Shown: in pieces, positions 48,810 through 58,635 of the stretch
Layout of the letters: each line of letters begins with the position of its first letter
Position numbering within the stretch: the first letter of the stretch is position 1
Source: an uncultured Candidatus Saccharibacteria bacterium
Lineage (GTDB): Bacteria; Patescibacteriota; Dojkabacteria; SC72
Direction: 5' to 3'
Assembly: GCA_964480345.1 (NCBI GenBank)
Contig: CAYZNW010000003.1
Location: 45,493 to 109,492 of the forward strand
DNA length: 64,000 bases
Notes under the pieces: model-generated
What the model was told of the DNA's origin: nothing
The model's database searches: none
The model's input: only the letters and a program-made list of their open reading frames with translations
Translations under genes and position numbers: made by a program

Positions 48810-49760
48810 ATGAATAACTGCTCTAAAAATCACCAAAACTTTCATGGATATTCTGCGCAGGCTATAGTAATAGCGTTGGTGGTCATAGTTGTCTCAGTTA
48901 TTATTGGTATGTCAGTAATATCGAGATCTTTGCGAGATAAAAAATCTGCAAATACTGAAAGATACTCCACTGAAGCTTTAGAGATCTCAGATTCAGTCAT
49001 AGATATCTTTTCTACTGTTGATACACAAACTCTGTTTGATAATATCGAATATGAAGATGCTAAGTTGAAGCGATTTAATGGTATAGCACAGCTTCAAGAG
49101 TATTTAAAAAGAATAGGAATAGAGAGTGATATATCCTCTCTATTTAAAAATTGTAGCGATAGCAATTCTGGAATAGTAGTATCTATGGATAAGGTAGATT
49201 CTGAAGAATTAGAATTGTTGGAATCAAACACATTTGGATATAGGCTTAATCCTTTGCAAGTGGCACAACAGTGTACTCTTTCTATTACTGCAGAACCTAG
49301 AGCAGCCTCTTCTGTTGGATTAATACTGCACAAGATATATGGAAAAGGATATCCTTCAGCTATAGAGTACAAGCGATATGATTTTGATGATGTAATAGCT
49401 TATTGTGTGTCTGAAGATACTACTTCATGTAAGAACAACTCTTTAGCAGATGGAGCTTGGAATATCTGGAACAAGGCAACTCCTATGAAAATAAATCTGA
49501 AAGAGGAGAAAGATGGTTTCGCTCTTGATGAAGTGAGAATCACTGCTATTGGGGGAGCATTAGGAATAGAGAACTCATTGAGTGTTGCAGGATGTGCAGG
49601 TGATATGGACTTAAAGATGGCAAAACTTACTGTAATGACTACATGTAATGGAGAATCAAGAGGTAAAGAGGTGTTAATACCAAGTCCTAATAATTTAAGT
49701 TACTCTACCCTCTTTGATTATGTCTTTTACAATAATCAAGGTTTTTTTCAACCATATTAA
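48810..49760 (+). CDS. large minor pilin lacking Glu+5 (GspK/PilX-like tip pseudopilin candidate)
   Basis: It has 'G|YSAQAIVIALVVIV' with Gln at +5. It is the largest of the quartet (316 aa). Confidence 0.5.
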   Translation: MNNCSKNHQNFHGYSAQAIVIALVVIVVSVIIGMSVISRSLRDKKSANTERYSTEALEISDSVIDIFSTVDTQTLFDNIEYEDAKLKRFNGIAQLQEYLKRIGIESDISSLFKNCSDSNSGIVVSMDKVDSEELELLESNTFGYRLNPLQVAQQCTLSITAEPRAASSVGLILHKIYGKGYPSAIEYKRYDFDDVIAYCVSEDTTSCKNNSLADGAWNIWNKATPMKINLKEEKDGFALDEVRITAIGGALGIENSLSVAGCAGDMDLKMAKLTVMTTCNGESRGKEVLIPSPNNLSYSTLFDYVFYNNQGFFQPY

Positions 49761-49778
49761 TTTATTTATTAAAAATTT

Positions 49779-50177
49779 ATGGATAATTCAAACAAAACAA
49801 TATTAATCATAGAAGATGAGCAAGATCTTTTAGATTCATATAAAGAGCTAATCAGTATGGGGGGATATTCGGTAGCTACCTCCATAGATGGATATCACGG
49901 TCTTGATTACTTAGCTACAAATATTGGTCATGTAGATCTGGTTCTTTTAGATCTGATGATGCCTGGTGTAGATGGTCTAGAAGTATTACGAGCCATTAAA
50001 GCTGATAAGGATAAGTATGGTGATATGCCAATCATCGTTTTAACAAATATGTCTAGTGAACTAGTCATAAAAGAAGCTTTTGATCTAGGGGCATCTTCAT
50101 ACTTGGTTAAATCAGACTTAGATTATGATGGTTTACTTAAGGAGCTTAATAAATATTTAGGAAGCAGTGATAAATAA
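49779..50177 (+). CDS. single-domain CheY-like response regulator receiver (PilH-like)
   Basis: 'ILIIEDE', 'LVLLDLMMPGVDG', 'YLVKS'. Confidence 0.8.
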   Translation: MDNSNKTILIIEDEQDLLDSYKELISMGGYSVATSIDGYHGLDYLATNIGHVDLVLLDLMMPGVDGLEVLRAIKADKDKYGDMPIIVLTNMSSELVIKEAFDLGASSYLVKSDLDYDGLLKELNKYLGSSDK

Positions 50178-51658
50178 TGAGTAAATATTACTTCTCAAAA
50201 GAATCAAAGATAAAGAGAATTCTACTTCGAATATTCATAGTCGTATTAGTAATTTCTTTAGGATATGGTGCATACTACTACTTTTCAAATATTGATAAGG
50301 ATATAACAACAAGATATTTAAATGGTACTAAATATGAATTCCTTAACAGATTTTATGAGAGTAATAATGGATACACCTATACATATACTGCCAAAGGGAT
50401 AGTTTACAATGCAAAAAAGAGTGATTCAGAGGTGACTTTTGATATTAATGCTTGGGATCCAAAAACAAAAGAGAGCTTGTACTACTCCAATATATCTCTC
50501 GGAAATGTAAAATCAGGTGCCCTATCAATAGAGGATGCTTTCTATGATTTCAAGCCAGTAAAGATACAGTTTGATTTCGTAAAGAAGAAATTGGTTAATG
50601 TAGAAGTTACTGATTTAGTTTTAGAACAGAAAGAGTATCAGTATGTAAATGACAGCATATTAAGGTTCCTTACAAAAGGATATTCAGCAAATATTAATGA
50701 GGAAGGCTCCACATATTCTGCAGATTTACCAGTAAATATATTTGATAGAAATGGGCAAATTTCTCTCTTGCCATTGTATGTTAACGGTGATGCTTTAACT
50801 GCTTTGTATGGCATAGCAGTATTAACAAAAGATACTGAAGTAGATACCACCTTTAATCCTGATACATACATTGAAGCGTCTGTCTCTCGAATTAGTAATA
50901 GTATGAAAGCAAACGGTATTCTGTCTACTATGATTCCTGATGGATGCTCTTTGCTTTTGAAAATAGAGCAAGAAGGAGTATACTCTGACTCTCAAATTAA
51001 TAAATTACGAAATATTTTTTGTTCTCAAGGAGAATTTACTTCCATATTTTCAAGAAAAGAAGAAAGTAAGTGGAAGGATTTACTCACTTTTGTAGGTTCA
51101 GAGAAATTAGATACTGCTTACAAACCAGATGTCGAATTCGTAGGACTTATGTCTCTGTCTGATGCCTACTCTATGGCGACTTTGTACGGTAAGACTCTTA
51201 CTGAGGCGGAGGTTACAAATGTAGAGAACAGAATAGTAAATTCAGTGATATCATCTGGACGAGATTTAACGACATACGCTGTTCCGTACAAAACCTTATG
51301 TTCGCTAGCCTACTCTTTAACCTCTGTACCTAACTACAGTAATATGGAGAAGTATAATTCGGTAGTTGTTGGATTAGAAGATACAGTAAGCTCATATTCT
51401 AATAACGAGGAGCTACTGAAACTGTTAGAGAAAGACACAAAATCTACTTTGATGTGTGCACAGGCTTTTGCAAATAGTGAAGATAAAAGAGTTAGAGATC
51501 TTTTTAGTTCTACTTTAATAAAGATGTTCTATTTAAATATGTATGATAAAGAGGGACATACTGGTCTTTGGTCAGTATTCCCTGAGTATATGATGATGAG
51601 TATTGAAGATAGTGTAAGGTATTTTAACTTGTTAAAGGTAGAGTATGCGAAAAAGTAG
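50177..51658 (+). CDS. N-terminally anchored extracytoplasmic hypothetical protein (493 aa)
   Basis: Single N-terminal TM; no recognised motifs. Confidence 0.45.
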   Translation: MSKYYFSKESKIKRILLRIFIVVLVISLGYGAYYYFSNIDKDITTRYLNGTKYEFLNRFYESNNGYTYTYTAKGIVYNAKKSDSEVTFDINAWDPKTKESLYYSNISLGNVKSGALSIEDAFYDFKPVKIQFDFVKKKLVNVEVTDLVLEQKEYQYVNDSILRFLTKGYSANINEEGSTYSADLPVNIFDRNGQISLLPLYVNGDALTALYGIAVLTKDTEVDTTFNPDTYIEASVSRISNSMKANGILSTMIPDGCSLLLKIEQEGVYSDSQINKLRNIFCSQGEFTSIFSRKEESKWKDLLTFVGSEKLDTAYKPDVEFVGLMSLSDAYSMATLYGKTLTEAEVTNVENRIVNSVISSGRDLTTYAVPYKTLCSLAYSLTSVPNYSNMEKYNSVVVGLEDTVSSYSNNEELLKLLEKDTKSTLMCAQAFANSEDKRVRDLFSSTLIKMFYLNMYDKEGHTGLWSVFPEYMMMSIEDSVRYFNLLKVEYAKK

Positions 51659-54077
51659 ATATATTTTAATAACAATAGCATCATCGTTAATACTACTCTC
51701 TCTCTCTTCAAGATTCGCTCAGTCTGCATGGGAACCTATTGGAACTAATGCAGATGGAAGCATACTGTATCAAAATGAAGAAGGAGGATGGTGTTCAGGT
51801 CCTGCAGGAGGTACAGAACCAGAGTGCCACCATGAAAGTGAACCACCATGCCAAACTCATGCTTGTACTCTTCCTGCCTGTCCTGATGATACTGTCCTAT
51901 ACAATACAGGATATTCTACACAATATACTGTTAGCTGTGATAAAGGTTGTGGAGAAGTAGAAAGAAAATCGTGCTATGAAAGACCCACAACATGTAATCC
52001 AGTATATGAGAATTGCGAAGATTCATACATATACAGTTTACAATCAGAAGTACAGTTTCAACCATTACAAACAACAAACAAAATGGGGTATACATCTACT
52101 ACATACTCAGGTTTAGAAATAAATAACCCTGTAGGAGTAGAAGCTAGATATTGGAGTACAGTTGATAACAGTAAACTTGAAGCTATATATTTCTGGATGG
52201 CGAAAGAAGGAAGTGGAGCTCCTGGGGTAACAGGAAGTAGTGTAGAAGAGATGATATGCACAGAATTTCAGATACGCCCCCAACCAAATGGAGAATGGGA
52301 ACATGTATGTACAAAAACTGCAAATATATCGCCAACAAAAACAGTAGGTATTGAGTGGTTGTATGACAATCAAGTATCAGCAGGAAATTCAATATCAAAT
52401 GGAAGTTGGGGGTTCATGGTTAGAAAAGTAAACGGTAATTGGTCAGATGTATATGTACCTCTTGTGACAAATAGCAGAACGTATTGGGCAAAGATAACAA
52501 ATGTGGGAACTACATTTACACTCCACTCTAAATCAGGTAGACCATTAGTAAATATCTCTGATTTAAAAATATCACAAACAGACAAAGTAATTTCAAATTT
52601 TAGAATAACCTTTCTAAATGAAAATTCAGGAGTATCTAACTATGAAAAAGTATCAGAGGGAGTATATAACGCATATACGATGGTAAACGATGAATTTGGA
52701 TTTACACCTTGGGATAACTACACAAGTCAGGAAATCAAAAACAAATTAGGGTACAAACCAAATCAGATTAGACTTAGTAATCAATGGAAAAAAGGACCAA
52801 GCTGGGGAGTAGATCTTACTAGACCTGCAATTAGCAGGTTACAATCGATAATCCCCTCCTCTACTAGATTAATGATAGATTGGGAAGGTCAAGATTTGGA
52901 AAGCTCTATCTCCTACTCTGTTGGTAATGTATTTAGATTAAAAGATGCATTAGTAAAAAACAGTCCTGTGATCTATCCTGCAGGAAGTGGTAGAACATTT
53001 ATACTAAATTTTCAATCAGAAAGTGATCTTGTAGGAAAGATAAATGGAAGTAATATCCTATGGCAGAAGGAAAACAGTAAATCAGGAGCAGAAGATATTG
53101 ATTTAGTAGATAACCGAGGAGGGTATATGGATTTCTATGTAACTGTATTTGATAAAGGTGGAAATCATCTTACACAAAATGTTCGTTTCAAATTAGGAGA
53201 GTGGATTCAGACAAAAGGAGGATTCTTCTACAGTAAAAGCGGAGCATATTTAGATACGCGTCGTATTACTCCAGGAATCTGGATAGAGAGAAATCTGTTT
53301 GATAAATATGGATTTAAAGAAAATCAGGTAGATTTAGGAACTGAGTTAATATCTGGAAATGTTTCCAGACAATCAGCTTTATCAGTTGTAAACTATCTAA
53401 ATCAAAATGGCGTATTTAGAGCTATCAATTATGCCGGTCATCGCAAATCAGATGTGTATTATGAATACTTAGAGAAAATGCAAAAATTAGATGAAAAGAA
53501 ATATGAGAAAATTACTGTTGGTAATCTATCAGGTAATTTAACTGACAGCTGTTTTGATAAAGAGAAATGTAAAAACTCCATAGTAGTGAATACTGTAAAC
53601 AGTGATTTAACAGTAAACTCAAACTTCACATGTGATACTAGAGCAGTTATGCTAGTTAATGGAAATATCTATATAAATCCAGATATTACTAATTTAGATA
53701 ACCGATCAGCTTGTGTATTTATTGCAAAAGAGAATATATATATCAGAGAGGGAGCACATAAATCTGGAGCAAATATAGGTTTTGATGTCGTAGAAGGATA
53801 CTTCTTAGCTAATGGGACAATTAAAATAGAGAAAGAAAACAAACCATCTTCTGATAGAACAGATGGCTTATTCATAGAGGGAGGAATACTCTCATTTGGA
53901 ACTGATCCTGCAGAAAATGCTAGTATTATGCTAAAAAGAGAATTACATTTGGCCGATAGACATCCATATCCAGTATTAAATATAATTCATCATCCAAAAT
54001 ATGGTAAACTAATGCAAGATTTGTTTGAAGGTGATAGATTAGTATTTAAGACAGAGGTTGGTTTTAAACAATTCTAG
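51645..54077 (+). CDS. secreted 810-aa protein with Cys-rich N-terminal module
   Basis: Signal peptide; ~14 Cys in the first ~120 mature residues. Confidence 0.5.
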   Translation: MRKSRYILITIASSLILLSLSSRFAQSAWEPIGTNADGSILYQNEEGGWCSGPAGGTEPECHHESEPPCQTHACTLPACPDDTVLYNTGYSTQYTVSCDKGCGEVERKSCYERPTTCNPVYENCEDSYIYSLQSEVQFQPLQTTNKMGYTSTTYSGLEINNPVGVEARYWSTVDNSKLEAIYFWMAKEGSGAPGVTGSSVEEMICTEFQIRPQPNGEWEHVCTKTANISPTKTVGIEWLYDNQVSAGNSISNGSWGFMVRKVNGNWSDVYVPLVTNSRTYWAKITNVGTTFTLHSKSGRPLVNISDLKISQTDKVISNFRITFLNENSGVSNYEKVSEGVYNAYTMVNDEFGFTPWDNYTSQEIKNKLGYKPNQIRLSNQWKKGPSWGVDLTRPAISRLQSIIPSSTRLMIDWEGQDLESSISYSVGNVFRLKDALVKNSPVIYPAGSGRTFILNFQSESDLVGKINGSNILWQKENSKSGAEDIDLVDNRGGYMDFYVTVFDKGGNHLTQNVRFKLGEWIQTKGGFFYSKSGAYLDTRRITPGIWIERNLFDKYGFKENQVDLGTELISGNVSRQSALSVVNYLNQNGVFRAINYAGHRKSDVYYEYLEKMQKLDEKKYEKITVGNLSGNLTDSCFDKEKCKNSIVVNTVNSDLTVNSNFTCDTRAVMLVNGNIYINPDITNLDNRSACVFIAKENIYIREGAHKSGANIGFDVVEGYFLANGTIKIEKENKPSSDRTDGLFIEGGILSFGTDPAENASIMLKRELHLADRHPYPVLNIIHHPKYGKLMQDLFEGDRLVFKTEVGFKQF

Positions 54078-54121
54078 TCTCTGATATTATATATAAATAT
54101 AAATTGAAGAATTTGTAGAAC

Positions 54122-55153
54122 ATGGCTAAGCTGCCCGATCATGTTGGAATAGATTTTGGAACTCACTCAGTAAAAGCTGTAGAGTTGGTAAACATCTCTT
54201 CGAATACACCAAAGTTATCAAATTTAGGATCCCAATTAACTCCCAAAGGAGTTATAAACAGCGAGAACAAAGCTGATCAAGAAAAACTAGCTGGAGTATT
54301 GAAAAAACTTTATGAATCCTCAGGATTAAAGAATAAAGCTGTAGTTATGGCACTACCAGAGTTCTCTGTGTTCACTAGATTCTTAGAATTCCCAGGAGTA
54401 AAACAGGAAGAGTTAAAAGATGTTGTATACTATGAAGCCAAGCAGTATATCCCTATGCCACTTACAGAAGTTCAGTTAAGCTATGTACCAATAGGATTTA
54501 ATGCTGAAAGAAATGCTCCTAAAGTATTGATAGTAGCAGCACCTAGAAAAATAATAGATATATATATTAATGTAGCTGTCTTTGCAGGACTGGATCTGGT
54601 AGCAATGGAAACTGAATCAGTGGCAATGGGAAGAGCTATGTTTAAATCTACAGGCAAAAAGAACTTAGTAATGCTTGATTTCGGAGCTAACAGTACAGAT
54701 ATGAGTATTTTAGCAGATGGTAATCTTGTATTCTCACAAAGTATAGCAATCGGTTCTGACTCATTAACCCAAGCGATTATTAATAAATTCAACTTCGAAT
54801 ACCAAAGAGCTGAAGAGTTTAAACGGAACTACGGAGTAGTTGAAAATGTCCTTGAAGGTAAAATCTATGCAGTACTCTCCCCCATATTAGAATCAATCAT
54901 GATAGAAGTAAGACGAGGAGTTGAATTCTACAAATCTAGAACTTTAGCCTCAGCTCCCTCAGAGTACATATTAAACGGAGATGGTGCTTTACTACCAGGA
55001 ATCAAAGAGTTCATAGCTAAAAGTTTAGGCGCTACTGTTTCCGTAGCTGTTCCATGGAACAATATATTAGTAGAAGATAAATTCAAAGATATCGTTGCAA
55101 AAGGAGGCCCATCCTACTCTGTTGCAATAGGACTTGCATTAAAAGATGAATAA
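54122..55153 (+). CDS. pilM: type IV pilus assembly protein PilM (actin-like ATPase fold)
   Basis: 'HVGIDFGTHSVKAVEL' N-terminal phosphate-1 motif. Confidence 0.75.
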   Translation: MAKLPDHVGIDFGTHSVKAVELVNISSNTPKLSNLGSQLTPKGVINSENKADQEKLAGVLKKLYESSGLKNKAVVMALPEFSVFTRFLEFPGVKQEELKDVVYYEAKQYIPMPLTEVQLSYVPIGFNAERNAPKVLIVAAPRKIIDIYINVAVFAGLDLVAMETESVAMGRAMFKSTGKKNLVMLDFGANSTDMSILADGNLVFSQSIAIGSDSLTQAIINKFNFEYQRAEEFKRNYGVVENVLEGKIYAVLSPILESIMIEVRRGVEFYKSRTLASAPSEYILNGDGALLPGIKEFIAKSLGATVSVAVPWNNILVEDKFKDIVAKGGPSYSVAIGLALKDE

Positions 55154-55820
55154 CCAACAAAATCAAACACAACCAAATAACCCTGTTCCTAAAACTCCAG
55201 AAGAAACACAGGCTAATTTGAAGAAGGAACAATTCATCGATACAAACATGTTAGATGGCTCCTCTGGTATTAACCTTGTACCATTGATGAGCAAAGAAGA
55301 AATTGTCAAAGAGGAGAAGAAACAGAAGTTAAATATGTCCTCTATCATTATTATCATTATCCTTATTGTCATAACCATCATTGTAGTAGGATTCAATGTA
55401 ATATCAAAAATGGAATTAAATTCTGCTAAATCAAAATTAACAGAATTAGAAAATGAAGCAAACACATACTCTGAGAAAATAAAAAGTAATGATGAAATTC
55501 TTGACAGAGTATTTCTGTACAAAGAGATTGAAAGTAAACAGTACTCTTCTAAATCAGTAGTTGAATATATTACAGATATAGCAAGGAAGAGTGGCAATGT
55601 AAGCTTAATATCATTTGATTTCGTAGGAAAAGAGTCAATTGCATTTGAGGGAAATTCTGAAAACTTAGAAACAGCAGCAAAGTTTTGGTATCTTCTAAAC
55701 AGTGATACTAATTTTGAGAATATGAGCATGGAAACTATTTCCAAAACCCCTTCTGAAATTAGATTCTCTTTTGAAGGGAAAATATTAGTAGATAGATTTT
55801 TAAACTCTGAGAAGATATAA
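55146..55820 (+). CDS. PilN-like bitopic pilus assembly protein
   Basis: Cytoplasmic N-terminus, single TM, then coiled coil; overlaps the pilM stop. Confidence 0.55.
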   Translation: MNNQQNQTQPNNPVPKTPEETQANLKKEQFIDTNMLDGSSGINLVPLMSKEEIVKEEKKQKLNMSSIIIIIILIVITIIVVGFNVISKMELNSAKSKLTELENEANTYSEKIKSNDEILDRVFLYKEIESKQYSSKSVVEYITDIARKSGNVSLISFDFVGKESIAFEGNSENLETAAKFWYLLNSDTNFENMSMETISKTPSEIRFSFEGKILVDRFLNSEKI

Positions 55821-55823
55821 GAC

Positions 55824-56546
55824 ATGGCAGAATCAGTACCAATACAAACACAACAAGCAACAACAAAGGAAACATTAAAACAAGCTAATAACGCTAAAAT
55901 TAAACCTAAGTTAAAACTGACTGATTTAATAATACCGATAACTTTAGGTTTAGTTTCTATAATAATTAGTGTTTTTGTATTTGTACCTATGGTTGAGTCA
56001 GCATTTACATCAAGGACAGAATTAAAAGATGTAAAATCTAAACAGACTCAGATAACTAATCTTAACAGAGCAGTAAGTTCCATAGATGATGGAACTATGC
56101 AGATTGATCTATTGAATGCGAAAAAAGTTATTCCTAAATCTTTAACAGTCTCTAGCTTTATATACTATGTAGATGAATTAGCTAAACAGCTGAATTTAAC
56201 ATCAAAAACCTTATCTGCAGGAGATATTCAAATTACTACTGGAGGTCGAGATGAGAAGAAAAACTACTCTGGAGTTAGTGGTCCATTAGCATACTCTGGT
56301 ACAAGAGAAGATGTACTTAACTTCTTAGATAGCCTTTATGCTGCTTCCCCATATATTATCTCGGCAGACAATATATCATTAGAGCAGTCTTCCATGACAG
56401 CTGAGTGGAAAGTTGCACTTAACATAACAGGATATTATGTTTTAGAAAAAGATTACAGAGTAAATCTATACCTTCCGTTTAGTGTCTATACAAACAAACC
56501 AGAAGTAATTAAAACCTTTACTGAAAAAGCTGAAAAGTTGAAATAG
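55824..56546 (+). CDS. PilO-like bitopic pilus assembly protein
   Basis: Single TM 'LIIPITLGLVSIIISVFVFVPMV' followed by a coiled coil; position after pilM/N. Confidence 0.5.
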   Translation: MAESVPIQTQQATTKETLKQANNAKIKPKLKLTDLIIPITLGLVSIIISVFVFVPMVESAFTSRTELKDVKSKQTQITNLNRAVSSIDDGTMQIDLLNAKKVIPKSLTVSSFIYYVDELAKQLNLTSKTLSAGDIQITTGGRDEKKNYSGVSGPLAYSGTREDVLNFLDSLYAASPYIISADNISLEQSSMTAEWKVALNITGYYVLEKDYRVNLYLPFSVYTNKPEVIKTFTEKAEKLK

Positions 56547-56557
56547 AGAGTTACCTT

Positions 56558-56875
56558 TTATTCACCAAAAATATCACTATCATCCTCAGGATCTGTACTC
56601 TCTTCTTTGTTATCTTTTACCTCTACATTCCTACTATCATCCTTTAGAATAACTTTTACTCTTTTATCATTTCTTATTGCATTAATAGTGATCAAATCTC
56701 TGATTGCATTTATAGTTCTACCCTTTCTACCAATAACAATACCTTTGTCCTCCTCACCTACCTCTATGGATAGAATCATTAAACCTGGAAAGTCGACACT
56801 CTCTTTCTCCTCAACAACAACTGCATCAGGATTATTAACTATGGACTTAACAATATATTCTAGTAATTCTTTCAT
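56558..56875 (-). CDS. khpA: KH-domain RNA-binding protein KhpA (YlqC family) with acidic C-tail
   Basis: 'KGIVIGRKGRTINAIRDLI' GxxG KH motif; downstream of rpsP. Confidence 0.8.
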   Translation of the reverse strand: MKELLEYIVKSIVNNPDAVVVEEKESVDFPGLMILSIEVGEEDKGIVIGRKGRTINAIRDLITINAIRNDKRVKVILKDDSRNVEVKDNKEESTDPEDDSDIFGE

Positions 56876-56912
56876 TGTAGTGTATCAAAATATTATATAT
56901 ATTTTTATTATA

Positions 56913-57215
56913 CTACTCTTCTTTCTCTTTTGTCTTCTTTTCAGTCTTAGGTTTTGTAGACCCTCTCTTCAAACTTTTAAGTAAGCCCTCTTTTACAAAG
57001 AATTGAGCAATTGTAGCAGATGGCTGAGCTCCCTGTTTTAACCACTGAGCTGCTTTCTCCTTATCTACTGTAAAGACATTATCTTTATTTCTTGGAGCGT
57101 AGAAACCTATCTCATCAATAGTTCTACCATCTCTAGGTTGAGAAGATTCCATTATTACAATCCTGTAACTAGGTTGCTTACTTCGTCCTACTTTCTTTAA
57201 TCTAATTTTTAACAT
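56913..57215 (-). CDS. rpsP: 30S ribosomal protein S16
   Basis: 'MLKIRLKKVGRSKQPSYRIV'; the ORF track extends 6 codons upstream; Lys-rich tail. Confidence 0.9.
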   Translation of the reverse strand: MLKIRLKKVGRSKQPSYRIVIMESSQPRDGRTIDEIGFYAPRNKDNVFTVDKEKAAQWLKQGAQPSATIAQFFVKEGLLKSLKRGSTKPKTEKKTKEKEE

Positions 57216-57248
57216 GATTCTGGATTCTATCAAATGATTTTAGTTAAT

Positions 57249-57986
57249 TCAAGGCCTTTTCTTACCTTTCTTTTCTAACAGCACCAAAGCATTCTTAGCA
57301 GCATCCTCTTCTGCTCTCTGCTTACTACTACCGTATCCTTCTGAAAACTTCTTCTCTCCTATTTTGAGAACAACGGTGAAGTGTTTATCATGATCAGGAC
57401 CGTGCTCCTTTACTGTCTCGTAGGTAGGAGTTACTTTATACTTTGCTTGTACTATCTCTTGAGTCTTAGTTTTAGGATCTACAAACAACTCCTGTGATAC
57501 TATCTTATCTACTTTCTTAAGTAATGTTCTGCTTACAAATTGCTTACATACCTCAAAACCTTTATCAATATATATTGCTCCTAATACTGCTTCATACATA
57601 TTTGCAAGAAGATACTCCTTATCTTTTCCTCCAGACACCTCTTCTCCTTTTGACATTAACAGATACTGACCAATATCAAGAAGCCTACTCTCCTGAGCTA
57701 AACTCTCTGTTCTAACAATGGCTGATCTAATAGCAGTAAGCTCTCCTTCGGGTTTGTCAGGATATTTGGAGTATATATACTCTGATATTATTAACTCTAA
57801 GACAGCATCTCCTAGAAACTCTAACCTCTCATTATTACTCTGTTCTTTCCTATTTTCATTAATATATGATCTATGTATTAATGCATTTCTTAAAGTCTGC
57901 TTATTTGAGAAAGTAATCCCTAAGTTACTCTCTATTTCTGTATAGCTATTCTTTTTCATTATCTTTTCTTTCTTCATATACGGCAC
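57249..57986 (-). CDS. rnc: ribonuclease III
   Basis: '[20 protein letters not shown]' RNase III signature; C-terminal dsRBD; the true start is probably the internal Met at 57956/57977. Confidence 0.9.
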   Translation of the reverse strand: MPYMKKEKIMKKNSYTEIESNLGITFSNKQTLRNALIHRSYINENRKEQSNNERLEFLGDAVLELIISEYIYSKYPDKPEGELTAIRSAIVRTESLAQESRLLDIGQYLLMSKGEEVSGGKDKEYLLANMYEAVLGAIYIDKGFEVCKQFVSRTLLKKVDKIVSQELFVDPKTKTQEIVQAKYKVTPTYETVKEHGPDHDKHFTVVLKIGEKKFSEGYGSSKQRAEEDAAKNALVLLEKKGKKRP

Positions 57987-58386
57987 CTAAAACTCCATTA
58001 ACAAATTTACCACTAACCTCACCTCCGAAATCTTTTGCAATTTCAATAGCTTCATCTATTGCTACCTTTGGAGGTGTAATCTGTAGAGTGAAGGCTTCTA
58101 AAATTGCAATTCTTAAAATTAGTAAATCTACTAACTTCATCTGCGGTATTGTCCACTGAGGAGCATATTTAGTGATTATCTTATCTAACTCTTCTAAATT
58201 CTCTTTAACTCCAGTAAGTAATTTCTCATAAAGCTCTTTGTCATACTCCTCAATCTCATTGATCTCCTTCAATTCCTCAACATCTATACTTTCTGTAACA
58301 AAGTTATTGTTTGGAAAAAAGAAAGTAAAAAGCTCCTGAAGTGTGAGAACTCTAGCTAAATGTCTAGGGTCAGTTGATCTCTTCAT
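57946..58386 (-). CDS. nusB: transcription antitermination factor NusB
   Basis: '[28 protein letters not shown]' matches the NusB C-terminal consensus. Confidence 0.8.
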   Translation of the reverse strand: MKRSTDPRHLARVLTLQELFTFFFPNNNFVTESIDVEELKEINEIEEYDKELYEKLLTGVKENLEELDKIITKYAPQWTIPQMKLVDLLILRIAILEAFTLQITPPKVAIDEAIEIAKDFGGEVSGKFVNGVLGAVYEERKDNEKE

Positions 58387-58401
58387 AAACTTTCTAAAGA
58401 A

Positions 58402-58560
58402 TTAAGATTTGTAAGTACCGCAATAACTACATTCAAAATGGCTTCTCTTTGCTTTACCACATTTTGGACATACTGAAGCACCAGTTACCTCAAGTGCATT
58501 ATGTGCTCTTCGTCTTCCTTTTCTACCTTTACTAATTTTTCTTTTTGGCTGTGCACCCAT
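58402..58560 (-). CDS. rpmF: 50S ribosomal protein L32 (zinc-ribbon type), absent from the ORF track (<60 aa)
   Basis: My translation of the minus strand gives MGAQPKRKISKGRKGRRRAHNALEVTGASVCPKCGKAKRSHFECSYCGTYKS. Confidence 0.85.
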   Translation of the reverse strand: MGAQPKRKISKGRKGRRRAHNALEVTGASVCPKCGKAKRSHFECSYCGTYKS

Positions 58561-58635
58561 TCGTGTTTATTAAATATATTTTAGCTTAGTGATTATATAT
58601 TATGAATACTTAAGAAGCAACTTATACTGCATGAA

